Under the pieces are notes generated by a model. That model was not told where the DNA came from. It made no database searches and saw only the letters and a program-made list of their open reading frames with translations. From assembly GCF_035084215.1 (NCBI RefSeq), contig NC_090358.1, forward strand, positions 16,058,001-16,122,000: DNA of 64,000 nucleotides, given 5' to 3'. A program made the translations under genes and the position numbers. How positions within the stretch are numbered: the first letter of the stretch is position 1; each line of letters begins with the position of its first letter. The DNA is from Heptranchias perlo (taxonomy: Eukaryota). Below, piece by piece: positions 12,723-26,600 of the stretch.

Positions 12723-14545
12723 AACAAGTAAAAGCACAAGAACAGCACAATTCCACACCATGTCTAGCTACTAACTCCCAGTCCACTGACGACATACTCT
12801 GCTCCTTCGACAGTAATGGCACATATCACCAGCCAATCTCTCACTCGGCACTAATATCATGACAGTTCCTTGAAACATTGTGTTGTTCTTCCTTTTTTCT
12901 GAAAAGGCTGGCATCATTCAGCTATCTTAAAGTTTCTAGGCACAAGACAAGCTTGTAGCTTTTAGCTTTTACAGAGAAAAGAAAATATACAGGCAACGCT
13001 AGCTTTACCCCCCCCCCCCCCCCATCTAAATGAATACAGTGAGGTGACCACTGAAACTGTCACAATAATCAGTATCGCACCACATGGTACATTTCATCAC
13101 TGTACCATTGAGGAAACAAGGACACCTCATGCAGCCGAAATTCAACAATGGAGATTTTTTTTCACAAAACTTTCTAAAGCTTTTCTCTAGGCATGGTGTA
13201 ACCATTCTGCTATTAATGGGAAGTTTGAGATCTTCCAATAATAGCAAGATTATCATTGCTAACAAAAGGCATGCTACAATTAGCTGAATTAGAAATGGAG
13301 ACCCAATTTAATATCGAGGAAGCTCCTAATTTCCCCCATGTAAAACAACTTGTTATTTTAGAATTGTTGTGAGCAGGTTTGATTTAAAACCTTCCTGTTG
13401 GAATCCAAGATTGCCATTTGGCTAACACCCAAATGCACTATTTCGCATCTGTTAGGACTAAGTTCAGTTCAAGATCTCAGTCCATACAATGACAGAATGC
13501 AAAAGAGAGTTCCACATCGTCCAGTAACATTGTAAATAATTGGTTCAAAGTGACACGTAATTCAAGGTATAAATTAAAAGATCGTGTGGACAGTACTGCA
13601 ACACTGGCAGATATTTGCTGGCGGGCAGTACTTGCATCATCAAACTGTGAAACCCTCTGGTAAATGTATTGATTGCAAGAATTAATGTCAGACTCAGACG
13701 TGAGACTGAACAGATTTTTGGCCAAATTTAAAGTGGCATTTTTTTCTTAAAACCTGTGTCTTTGAGCTGATTGCTACTAGATGTAGAATGGAACTATGAG
13801 CAAAATGACTTCATTGGGGAAAACTGAAACTCCTCTTAAAAGATCAAATGCATCGATTGGGGTCATTGACAAATTTGATATGAATCCTGCTGACATTTTT
13901 CATATAGCTGATAATATGGGATCTGATATTGCATTTTGAACACAAATTACTCATGAAAACAAATATCAAGTGGATGAAACAAAATAAAAATAAATGAGGA
14001 AATCATTGTGACTTTTAAGCTGAACCTTTAGGTTGTGTTCGATCGTCTATATGTCAAATTTGACAAAAAGTGACAACTATAAGAGGAGGTATTAGATTAT
14101 GTCGATATTTATTATATATAATACATTAAAGCAACATTTTGACATTAGAAATAATTAAATGTAAAACATTATTACTGAAGATAGCTTTCAAATTCCGGTA
14201 ACTTTTTATTAATCAGGTTATATCTTTGGTTTTATATGTCTTATAAACTGTTGCTAGCTGTGGATATAAATATTCATATACTTTAGAAAACATATTTTAA
14301 AAAAGTATAGATACAAATCCCTTTCATTGAACACTTTATATCAAACCCAGAATACTTGAACTTATAAGTGATGTAACTGTCACTTACAAACCAAGTGACA
14401 ATAATTGCAGACTGTTAATATAATATACACACATGATTTGAACTGTTGCATAGCAAATGAGACCAAAAAGATAGACCTAAGCTATAAAATCTCACGAGAA
14501 AGCTCTGCTTAACTCCTGCCACTGCTTGGAATGAATCTATCCTCA

Positions 14546-14654
14546 CTCTTACTGGCTAATTAGTACAGATTTATTAGCAGTTTGGTGGGAAATTTCAATG
14601 TGCACCTGCTCTTACTGCCTAATTAGTACAAATTCATCAGGAATTTGGTGGGAA
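14546..14654. repeat. Tandem duplication, period about 63 bp
   Basis: ctcttactgXctaattagtacaXattXatXagXaXtttggtgggaa occurs twice. Confidence 0.8.
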
Positions 14655-15291
14655 GTGTCTGCATGTGTTCATCTATGAAATGGATGCCTACACACATGCA
14701 AATGTGTTGAGATTTCCAGCATTCATTAACAGCTAGCCCACCTGTTTTTAGTAAATGTAACAATGTGAAGGGTGGAAAGATTTCCTTATTTTCATTACCA
14801 GCTCTACAGCTGTAGGATTTGCAATCTGAGTGATGAAGCATGCAGTGTGACGTCAGCATGAAAGCTGGAATAACATGCACAGGATCTGGTTTCTTCCAAG
14901 AGTGATGCTGCACTCATATAAAAGGAAATAGCAATGTTTTACATGCTCCTCAATGATGAAAACCACCTGTTTTAATCTGAAATGTGACCATACCTGTCTA
15001 TTGTTGTTCTTTTTAGGTTTTAAATGTAACCTATTCTCCATTTTAAAGATGATGCTCAATGTACTTTTTAAAAAAATGTTGCTCTTCCTCCGTTCACATT
15101 CACTAGTGACGCATCAAGTTTGGCAATGATAAATTCTAGATCTATCTGGCTAACAGTATCATGGCAGGATATTGTTTTTTGAGGCTGAACTTCACCTTTA
15201 AGTGCCCATATTGAAAAAGTTGAGGCTTCATCATTAGGAAAAGCCCAACGGATACCCCTTAATTATTGATCATTACCCCTTAATTACCAAG

Positions 15292-15730
15292 GTGTCAGCC
15301 TTGGCTCAGTGGTAGCACTCTCGCCTCTCAGTCAGAGTGGGTTCAAGCACATAATCCAAGCTGACACTTCGGTGCAGTACTGAGGGAGTGCTGCACCGTT
15401 GGAGGTGCTGTCTTTTGGGCGAGACATTAAACTGAGGTCCTGTCTGCCCTTGCAGGTGGATGTAAAAGATGCCATGGCACTCCTTGTAGAAGAGCAGGGA
15501 AATTCTCCCAGCGCCCTGGAAAATATTTATCCGTCAACCAACATTGCTAAAAAAAAATGATTATCTGGTTGTTTACCTCATTGCTGTTTGTGGGACCTTG
15601 CTGTGCACGAACTGGCTGCCGCATTTCCTACATAACAACAATGACTACACTTCAAAAGTACTTAATGGCTGTAAAGGGCTTTGGGATGTCCTGAGGTCGT
15701 GAAAGGCGCTATATAAATGCAAGTCCTTTC
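15292..15730 (+). mobile_element. Full-length tRNA-derived Deu-domain SINE (SacSINE1-like) with L2-type tail
   Basis: A-box TGGCTCAGTGG, B-box GGTTCAAGC, core gcagtactgagggagtgctgca...gagacattaaactgagg, tail ggcgctatataaatgcaagt. Degenerate copies lie at about 5960-6270, 26370-26590, 42990-43160 and 51590-51750. Confidence 0.75.
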
Positions 15731-17364
15731 CTTTGATCAAATTAAATAAAGGTAGTGTGTTTTTAAATTCACATAAAAGCAATGTATTGTTAAGGCATAA
15801 TGCTGTTTGGTGGGTTGGTGTTGAATACAGTAAAAAACCCAGGTGACCGAATAAATGGGACAGATTGGACTCCATGACTGACCTCAATAGAGGTTCCTGA
15901 AATCCTAAAGCTAGCTCTGTTTTCATTTACTGCTGCCCCAACGCATACTGAATCTCAACTTAAACCGGACTCAAGCTGTTCACTTCTCTTCCATTTCATG
16001 GTGATCTCAGCTGCTAGCTCACTTTCATCTCACTAATCGTGTCTGAAGATTTCTTACTTTATGTATAAAGTTAGATCAGTGACATTACTACATACTCACA
16101 AGTAGAATGTAAATGGCTCCCAGGGGAGAAACATGGGCACTTTGCTAACAATTGCATGTTATTTTGTCAGTGCTACCTAAAGAAGTGTTTAATTATGTAA
16201 ACAGCAGAATCCTAGTATTAACAATCTCCATTTAAACAGGCCTCCATTAAGCAAACAGACTGAAGGATTTTCAACCTTTGTCCTGGGATATGTTTTCTCC
16301 ATGTGGATTCAAAGTTTGGTCTAGTTTTAGTTTGCTTCTGTTTTTCTACAACTTATTTATATTTATTTACATCTACTTTGCCTCATCCTAACCTCAGTCT
16401 CAGAAGAGTACCTCTAATGAAGCTATATGACCATCTCATTCCATATCTATCCTAAAGCAGATGTCACAGTGACTTAGCCAAGTTGGTGCCACAGTGACGA
16501 GTTTGAGGTTAGTATTGTTCTGCAGCCCATGTCTCATGGCAACTGTACTGAAACTTCCCAAACGCTTTTCATCTGGTATCTTGAATGCCGATCAGAGATT
16601 TGTAACTTTTACCTCGCTCAAGCAGTCAGCTTGGCTCTGTTGGTTGCAGTAGGTCATGGGTTTGAGCCCCATCACAGACAAAAGTCTGTCCCTACTTCCA
16701 GCGGAATATTGCACAACCAGAAAGAGGGTTGAAGATCCGGTGTGATCAGTCCTGCCCCAAATCCTTCCCCACACAGCCATAAGGGAGGAAATTCAGGGCT
16801 CAGTTCTCTCAATCAGTTACACAAAAGTCGATTATTTGAAACACTTTGGACCTTCAAACCTTTCCTTTCGATCCTTCTTTGTTACGTTTCTTTTCTTTCT
16901 TTACCCTTTTGTTGGCCAAGCATATAAAGTGATAAGATCAGAACTAACATTGGCAATCTTTACACATAATTCACTTCTGTATGCCTATTCTGTTAAATGA
17001 AGATTTCACTAGATTATATACATCAAAGTTCTATGCAGAATTTAAATTCTCTTCATATTTAATGTTCAGTTATAATCAGAACAATGGCATGGCTGTGATA
17101 ATCACATTCAGTTGCAGTGTTAAACATCAGGCAGTAGCTTACAGAACAGCAACGGACATTCTTTGTCAGTACACATTTTTAGTACACCAACAGCTTTTAA
17201 ACCTCAAGAATAATTTTGTAAAACCCCTTCATGAATTGTAGGTTTTTTTCCCCCAATTATAATCACACTATATATATTTATAGAATTGACTTCAGTTCCT
17301 AAATCAACATAACAAACACAGCAGTTGTAATACAAAATATATATTGATAAATACTGCACTGTCC

Positions 17365-17370
17365 TTTATT
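17365..17370 (-). terminator. MYZAP poly(A) signal AATAAA
   Basis: About 205 nt after the stop, followed on the minus strand by a U/GU-rich tract (tgtgtttgttatgttg). Confidence 0.65.
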
Positions 17371-17575
17371 TAACTCACTTGGACAACAGAAATTGCCTGG
17401 CGCGAGCTAAATAGTACAGACGGCTTTTGTCCTTCACTTTTAATGGTATTGCACTTGTACAATAAAGAAGTCACCTTCATACCGAACCAATTCTGAGCAG
17501 CATCAGCTCTAGTCGAAGTGGCTAAAGGCCTCCACGCACTCAGCTGAACATTGGTATTGTAAAAAGGCAGCATGT

Positions 17576-17660
17576 TCAGGGTGTCTGTCTCTGTAGACTT
17601 AATTCCATCAGCCTCATGTATGGGGTGATTGTATTTTGAATGCTTTTTACTGGAGTAATC
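17576..17660 (-). CDS. MYZAP: MYZAP exon 13 (terminal), ITPVKSIQNTITPYMRLMELSLQRQTP*
   Basis: tatacag|G ATT; TPYxRxxEL motif; TGA at 17576-17578. Confidence 0.9.
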
Positions 17661-20600
17661 CTGTATACCAACAAAATGTAAAGAATAAATTTGTTAGCTT
17701 TTACATACGCGGGAAGCTGAAAAGCAAAAAGTCCTGATTTTGACTTAGGGCCAGAGTCAGAAGGGCAGGGGCCGAGGTGAGCGGCAAACCGTCCTGACCT
17801 TGGCACCGTGAGACCCAGGAGGGTTTAAAACCCAGGCCTCGCCCTGGTCGGTTGCCCACCTAATACCAGCAAGAAGCAGCAGCAGTCCGGCGGGCAGGAA
17901 CATAATGTTGGGCAGCAGGTAAGGTCATGGGGAAGGAGTTTCAGAAGCACTTCATGATCGGGAGGACCCTGCCATTTTCCAGCAGGTGTCCTAACCTGCT
18001 TGCTCAGAAGAGCAGGTTAAAATAGAAGACTGCAGGAAGGGGGTTACGTCAGCGGGTAATTCCCTCAGGTGATTTTAACTGCTCGCTGTCCAAGTTTCTG
18101 CCGAGCAGGCAGGGTTAAAATCAGACCAAAGATATTCAATAGAATGAGGATTACATCAAGCAAAAAAAGAGTACCATGAAAATGAAGAGTGGTAAACAGT
18201 CCCATAAACAGTAAGTGTTTTCAAAGAGTGGCTGAACGAACGTGTAGCACAAACATAGATTCCCAACCAGAGGGCTAGAACTTCAGTCCAGGTAACCAGG
18301 CCATATCAGTGGGACTATGACAGTTCTTCCCTGGGCTGCTTAATGATTTTTAATCACAAATACATATCATTTATTGGCTGATTTCTACATTTTTCCCTCA
18401 GTTATCTCCCTCCAGTTAATATTTCCGCATTAAGCCTTTCATCAGGACAGTTAACTTATCTGTTCTCTCCACAGATGCTGACTGTCAAGGAAGTTATGCT
18501 AAACCTTTATAAATCACTGGTTAGGCCTCAGTTAACTGTGCTAATTGTGTCCAATTCTGGGCATCGCACTTTGGGAAGGATGTCAAGACCTTGGAGAGGA
18601 TGCAGAGGAGATTTACCTAAATGGTGCCAGGGATAAAGGACTTCAGTTATGTGGAAAGACCGATTGTTCTCCTTGCAGTAGAGAAAGTTAGGGGGAAATT
18701 TAATAGGGGCGTTCAAAATTATGAAGGGCTTTGATAGAGTAAATAATGAGAAACATTTCCACTGGCAGGAGAGTCGGTAACCAAAGGACACAGATTTAAG
18801 GTAATTGGCAAAAGAACCAGAAGGGAGATGTGGAGAATTTTTTTACGCAGCACGTTGTTATGATCAGGAATGTGCTGCCTGAAAGGGTGATGAAAGCAGA
18901 TTCAAGAGTGACTTTCAAAAGGGAATTGGATAAATACTTGAAAGGAAAAATTTGCAGGACGATGGGGATAGAGTAGGAGAGTGGAACTAATTGGATAGCT
19001 CTTTCAAAGAGCTGGGACAGGCAGGATGGGCTGAATGGCCTCCATTGTATGATTCTATGACTTGCTGTGTTTCCAGCATTTTCTATTTATGTTTCAGAAT
19101 TTGCAGTTTTTTGCTTTGTATTTAACATAATACAATTAACTTCCATATTTTTGTCAAGTTTTGCATATTTTGTAGCATGTGCACATTTTGAACAACGTGT
19201 GAAAAGCACCACAGTTATCTGCCAGAAGTACAGAAAGTTTACTCAGTAGGGCCAACTCCCCGATAAGGAGCAGTGTTTGCAGGGAGAGATAGTCTGGATA
19301 TCATAGGCCAGTAGACCTCGATTTTCCATCCATTTCAAGGTCTCCCAGCCTGCGATTTCTCACCCAGTGCTCTCAGTGAGTGCTGCTCCTCACAGCTGGC
19401 ACCCAATCAGAACTTAGTTTGCAAACAGTTGTCCTCCTCAAACTTTAAAAAAAATTATGTTCATGGGATGTGGGCATCGCTGGCAAGACCAGCATTTATT
19501 GCCCATCCCTAATTGCCCTTGAGAAGGTGGTGGTGAACCGCCGCAGTCCGTGTGGTGAAGGTTCTCCCACAGTGCTGTTAGGCAGGGAGTTCCAGGATTT
19601 TGATCCAGTGACAATGAAGGAACGGCGATATATTTCCAAGTTGGGATGGCGTGTGATTTGGAGGGGAACATGCAGGTGGTGTTGTTCTCCTTGGATCATT
19701 CACTTTGGATAAGAACAATCTCACACTTTAATTTTGAGTTACTTCTGGTATGTTTCTTTATGCTGAAGAGCACAATTAAACCAGTTTCTAAAATGATGAC
19801 AGAATATAACAAGAAGGGTTATATGTTACCTGATGGGGCTATCATATGACACCACTTGTTCCCTGGTTTCCACAGTCCTTTGTTGATCCAGCGACATCAT
19901 ATAGTTCAGCTTGTCCTGTAGTTCTTTATTCTAGGCATCAAATGCACCATCAGTAATTTATCAGGAAATAAAACTAACATTTATATTGTAGGAACATTTT
20001 TTATATAGAATTCAGGTATGTACCTAATCTATTGTTGAAATCAGTCAGATTAGAGAGTTTTGCCTCAGTAAGGCTTTAAACTTGCATGACTGTCCACTTA
20101 TTTATGTACTCAATTACATTTTATCTGTAAATGATGCCATGGGAGTTCCACTAATAAATATTATAATGTTACTTTATAACCTTACAGTATAGACATAATT
20201 TTTTTTTCTATTTTCTATGATGCTATTTAATGTTATTGATTGTTTCTTGGTTAAAGCACCTCAGCTGCACCTTTTGCACATAACTCCTATTAATGGCCAT
20301 GACAATATTTAAAGCATGACCAAAACCTATTTGGATATTGAAATCATCTGATTAATATTGCAGAAGGAACAGGAGCCAATGCTTTGATTTCTGCCCAAAT
20401 TGGGGTGTATTGGTACATTTGTGCCCTGCATGTCCACCCTCAACTGCTGAGGGGGAAATATCCCTTAAATTCAAATGCACACAACAATGCAAGTGACATC
20501 AAACCTGCCAATGATCATTAAAACCTGGAAGACTTCCTTTATTTCCTTCCCACCCTCAAGGATGAACATGCAAGATGATTGACATATTCAGGATGCACTG

Positions 20601-23600
20601 TCCTATTAAAAGTGAAAATGGACCCAAGCTCCCAAGGAACAAAAACATTTACAATTCATTTTAAACAAGCCTTTAAGAGTTTTTCTTGGGTTGTATTTTT
20701 GTTTACTGAGTATTCACAAACAAAATGTTGACAGATTTTCTTTCTCAGTTCCTGAAGGAGCTGGGGCATGTTGGTGTTTTGTACCAGGAGCCCTGGCACC
20801 AACCAGTACCTTGACTAGGTAACCATTCTTCATGTCTGAGCAGACTGAGTGTCAACAGATTACTTAGATGTGGAAGCAATCCCAGCAGTGCCCAATTCAG
20901 TCTTCCCATTCTCTGCCCTCTAATCTTCAGCTCATCCAAAACTTTGCTGCCAGTTTCCTATCCCACACCAAGTCCTTGCTCATCCATCGCTCCTCGCTGA
21001 CCTACAGTAGCTCCCGGTCCCGCAATACCTCCAACTTAACATTCTTATGCTCACGTTTAACTCCCTTCATGACCACACCCATCTATGTGGCCTCCTCCGG
21101 TCCTACGACTCCCACGGAATACTCACTCACTCACTCCTTCGCCTTCCTCGTTGTTGAAGGGTAGACGACTAGAACATGGTCTTCAGTTACTACACACCTT
21201 TACTCACAAAGATCCATATTATTACCACCACCACACCCTGGATCAGCTCTTATAAATGGATACAAGAGCGTGCCCAATTGATACACACCACCTGACTACA
21301 ATTAACACTAATTTATATACATCGCAAGGATACAATTAATACTCAGCCCCATGCTCTGGAATCCCCTTCCTAACGCCCTCCATTCCTCCTGTTCCTCCTG
21401 TTCCTCCTGTTCCTCCTCCTCCTCCTCCTCCTTCACGAAGCTTTTAGTCATCCCTCCTAATATCTACGTCTTTGGCTCAAGATCCATCCTTTTCCGATTA
21501 CACTGCGATGAAGCACTTTGGGAGTTTTGCTATGTTAAAGATGCTATATAAAAGGGCAAGTTGTTGTTGATCACTCAACATTCAAACATGCACTGTTTGC
21601 AGCAGGGATCACTACATAGCAATCAAGAGCTATAGCCCAGACCAAATCTCCCCTCCTTAGTCCAAGGACACCAAGGATAATCTTGTGCCCCACCACTGTC
21701 CAGTGAGATCATTTAACTCAGTGCAGGATCAAACTTGGGGCATTCCTGGTTTCTGTGACTCAGTATCATACCATGCAGTGCATTTCCCCACTAGGTCATT
21801 GGGGGAGCCCCTGAACGATTATTAAGTAATCTGTAACATTATGTAACTTCTATTTTATAAACTCAGTTGTCATTAGACAAATGGAATGATTTGAAATAAT
21901 GTTATTTTATTGAGACATCTTGGATTTCATTTGCTAAGAAAGATCCAGTAAATATTCCAGAAATAAAATGTTAGTACCAATCATGGGTATTTTTAAATTA
22001 CTTTTATTGCTAAATCAGACCTTCCTTGATACTAAGGTTCTTTCCTTTTTAAATAAAACTTGAAAGTTATAATACTGGGATTGAGGGATTATATACTGTA
22101 TTTGTTAAATTCAAGTTCCAGTATTATAATGGGAAGTCTGTTCAGCCAGTTCAAGTAATAAAAATGAAAGCATGCACAAGCTTTGGAAAGGTGCACTGAC
22201 AACAACAACTTGCACTTATATAGCACCTTTAACGTAGTATAACACCCCAAGGCATTTCACAGGACAATCAGATACGTTGCACCAGAAAATGGTACAGTGC
22301 AAGTTCACAGTAACTATTTTTCTCAGGTCAGGTTTCTGTATCGGGAGGGAGGAAAAATGAGGAGAGTCGTCCCAGACTGTTGTTGTCTACCTCCTAAAGG
22401 CTGACTCAGGAGCAACATTGACTCAGGTCTGGCACGGGCTTATCAGGCCACACTCTTAGCTGAGCAACACTGGTGTGTGAGAGGAGGTGAAAGCCTAAAA
22501 TGAAAAGAGAATTTGTCTTTGAAATGTGTGTGAAAATTAAAACCTTACCTCAGCTTCCAAAAATGAAATCCTTTCCAACAAGTCCTCAATCATTACATCT
22601 TTCTGTTGAATTTTACTCTTCAGAATTTCAATCTGTAAGTTTAAGAAGAAAAAATCTTAGAATGTAGCCCAGAGTTGTGAACCTTAATGCAGCGTTAACA
22701 TTGACAACATTATTACCAGTTAAGTAAACCATTGTGTAATTTGGGATTTTAATAATGAGTTGAACTCATTTTTACTATTTACAGAAAAGGCACCTAAATC
22801 AGCAGAGGGCGCTGTACTGAGATCTGTATCAGGGAGCCAAATATTCCTAATGCACCATATCATATCTGAGCTAGGAATGCTCAAGAGTTAATTTATACAA
22901 GGGCATAAATGCTTTATTCATCAGAATAATTATCCCTGGTCTTAGAGTGAGCACCAATAACTGAGTTGGAGCAGTGCCCGAAGCCACTGAATTCTTGCAG
23001 GATGATGTAAACGCAAGAAGCAGAAACAAGCTGCCTCCCCGTGCCCAATAAGGAGAAAGGAATGTTAAGGCACAGAAATACGGCTCCTCCTTGTGGTCAG
23101 TTGGCAATAACTGTAGTCCCAGGCTAAGTAAAGCCTACATTTTGGCTCAATATAATTGTAAAACAAAATGTAGTGGAGTAGTGTTGAATTAGACTGAATT
23201 TTTCACAATTAGTTAAAAGCATTCATTGTTTCGGCTGTAATTGAGGTTTTCTCTGAAAATGAATTATTTGTTTTTAAACAAGCAGCACATAAGCCAGTCT
23301 TTTTAATTAGACATATTGGTGACCTTAAGCTCCAATTCTGTTTAATAAATGAACGCTCCCCTCAGCTACTTTAGATTTGTAATACAAATAACGAGGCCCA
23401 CATTCTATCCAACTCAACCCCTATCAGTAACGCTCCTGCCAAAACCAAACTGGACCAAACCCTCTGCCTTGTTTCTTTTGTAGCTAAAATGAAAAATGCC
23501 TTCTAAATATTTTGATGATGTAAAAGATAGAAAGTATTTCACTCTTTGCTAGAACTGTTCACAAAGTTTATATATGTGGTTATATAATGTTGGTGAGTGT

Positions 23601-26600
23601 TAAAAGAAACACGGAATGCCGCAATTATTCAAACTGATAAACAGTTGTCTTTTTCTCACCTCTTCAATCATTTGCTTGACTTTCCTCTGTTGACAGTGTA
23701 CCATGTTGTCCAGGTGTCGGATTCTTTCCCGCAGACTGGCAGCTTTCTCCTCCACTTTCTGGGACCTGACACAGCCAGGGATTAACAGAAGTTGTGTCAA
23801 ATGATGCAGAAGATTCCACAAGCCCATAAATCTGTCCGCTGAGGGAGCTCACCCCTGCTCTGCCCCCACATTCCTCACCGTTACTGAAGTGTATCATGAA
23901 GTGCAATATGATTGATTATCAATAGCAAAACCAGATAGGCAAAATTCCAATTAAATAATTGGAGCAAGGTGCAAGAGGCCTAGAGGGATTGAATTCCCTG
24001 AGAGGGGGTAGTATTCCCTGGAGGGGTTTGTATTCCCTTGAGAGACTCTATTCTCTGGAGAGACTATTCTCTGAAGGGACTGTATTATCTAAATTTCTGA
24101 CACCCATTGGAACATTGTTTCAACTATTAAAAATAAAATGAAGCTTCACCTTTTTGTGTCAAAACAGTGAAACGTTCTGAGATTCTTGTCCTCTTCCACC
24201 TGATATATACACAAATTATTTAATATTTCCTCTCCCCATATCTCCCTGCAGCACCTGATATCCTGGTCAACGGGAGCAGGACCTGTCACCTGCCTCTTAG
24301 GCCTGTTCCCAAGTGTCTGCAAATGTCGTTCTGTACTGGTGCCGTTAGAAAAAGTATGGGAGCAGTCGGGACCACTCTCCCTCCATTGAGGTCAGTGCTC
24401 AGACTTGCAGCTCGCCACGTGCCAGTTGGAGCCATCATTCCATATTCTATGTTCCATGAGTTCAAACACTCTGTGCCACTATCTTTTTTATGTTTTGTAT
24501 TTACATACAAACATAGAAAATAGGAGCAAGAGTAGGCCATTCGGCCCTTCGGGCCTGCTGCGCCATTCAAAATGATCATGGCTGATGGTCTAATTCAGTA
24601 CCCTGTTCCCGCTTTTTCCCCATATCCCTTGATCCCTTTAGCATTAAGAAATATATCTATCTCCTTCTTGAATACATCTAATAACTTGGCCTCCACTGCC
24701 TTCTGTGGTAGAGAATTCCACAGGTTCACCATCCTCTGAGTGAAGAAATTACTCCTCATCTCAGTTCTAAATGACATACTCCATATCCTGAGACTGTGAC
24801 CCCTGGTTCTGGACTTCCCAGCCATCGGGAACATCCTCCCTGCATCTAGTCTGTCTAGTCCTGTTAGAATTTTATATGTTTCGATGAGATCACCTCTCAT
24901 TCTTCTAAACTCTAGTGAATATAGGCCTAGTCGACCCAATCTCTCCTCATACATCAGTCCTGCCATCCCAGGAATCAGTCTGGTAAACCTTCATTGCACT
25001 CCCTCCATGGCAAGGACATCCTCAGATAAGGAGACCAAAACTACACACAATACTCCAGATGTGGTCTCACCAAGGCCCTGTACAACTGCAGTAAGACATC
25101 CCTGTTCCTGTGCTCAAATCCTCTTGCAATGAAGGCCAACATACCATTCGCCTTCATAACTGCTTGCTGCACCTGAATGCTCGCTTTTAGCGACTCGTGT
25201 ACAAGGACACCCAGGTCTCATTGCACCTCCCCTTTTCCCAATCTATCACTATTCAGATAATAATCTGTCTTTCTGTTTTTGCAACCAAAGTGGATAACCT
25301 CACATTTATCCACGTTATACTGCATCTGCCATGTTCTTGCCCACTCACCCAACTTGTCTAAATCACATTGGAGCCTCTTTGCATCCTCCTCACAGCTCAC
25401 ATTCCACCCCAGCTTTGTGTCGTCTGCAAACTTGGAAATGTTACATTCCGTTTCCTCATCCAAATCATTGATACATATTGTGAATAGCTGGGGCCCAAGC
25501 ACTGATCCCTGTGGTACCCCACTAGTCACTGCCTGCCACCTGGAAAAAGACCCGCTTATTCCTACTCTCTGTTTCCTGTCTGTCAACCAATTCTCAATCC
25601 ATGCCAGTATATTCCCCCCAATCCCATGTGCTTTAATTTTGCACACGAACCTCTTGTGTGGGACCTTATCAAAAGTCTTCTGAAAATCCAAATACACCAC
25701 ATCCACTGGTTCTCCCCTACCTATTCTACTAGTCACCTCCTCAAAAAACTCCAGTAGATTTGTTAAGCATGATTTCCCTTTCATAAACCCATGCTGACTT
25801 TGTCCAATCCCGTTAATGCCTTCCAAGTGTTCGGTTATCACATCCTTTATAATAGACTCTAGCATTTTCCCCCACTACTGATGTTAGGCTAACTGGTCTG
25901 TAATTCCCTGTTTTTTCTCTCCCTCCTTTTTTTAAATAGTGGGGTTACATTTGCCACCCTCCGATCTGTAGGAACTGTTCCAGAGTCTATAGAATTTTGG
26001 AAGATGACCACCAATGCATCCACTATGCATTGGATAAATTGGTGACAATTTATCCAGGTGTCAGGGAATGGTACATATTTTAATTCTACGAGCCAGCACC
26101 AGCCCATCTCATCTGATGGCGAATAAGGCTCTCCTTACTCTGCTCTAGTAACATGTCTTAATTTCAACATTAGGAGAGAACTTTTTGTGTGATTTTATTT
26201 TTCCATTTCACATTGTTTATGTCTGACAGAGAACCCTACCAATTTGTGCCAAATTATGGCCAGTTTTATGCTAAGGGCCCATGTTCACTGGGAATTGGGT
26301 TGAAATACATAAAGAATAAATCATGATAAACCATCCAATCTGCCTGCTGAGGTGGAAGTAAATAATTGGATGGCACTATTCAAAGAAAAGCAATGCGTTT
26401 TCCTGGGGTCCTGGCCAACATTCTTCCTCAATAAACACCAACAAAAACAGTTTTAACTGGTCCTTGGTTGTGGGACCTTGTTATGTATATTTTTGCTGCT
26501 GCATTTTGCCTCCATAACAACAATGACCGCGCTTCAAAGGTATTCATTGGTTGTAAAGTGTTTTGGAATGTCCAGAGGATGTGATAAGAGTTCAATCTTT

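Noticed and set aside
15292-15350. tRNA gene
   Set aside because: A/B boxes are the head of a SINE; no full cloverleaf
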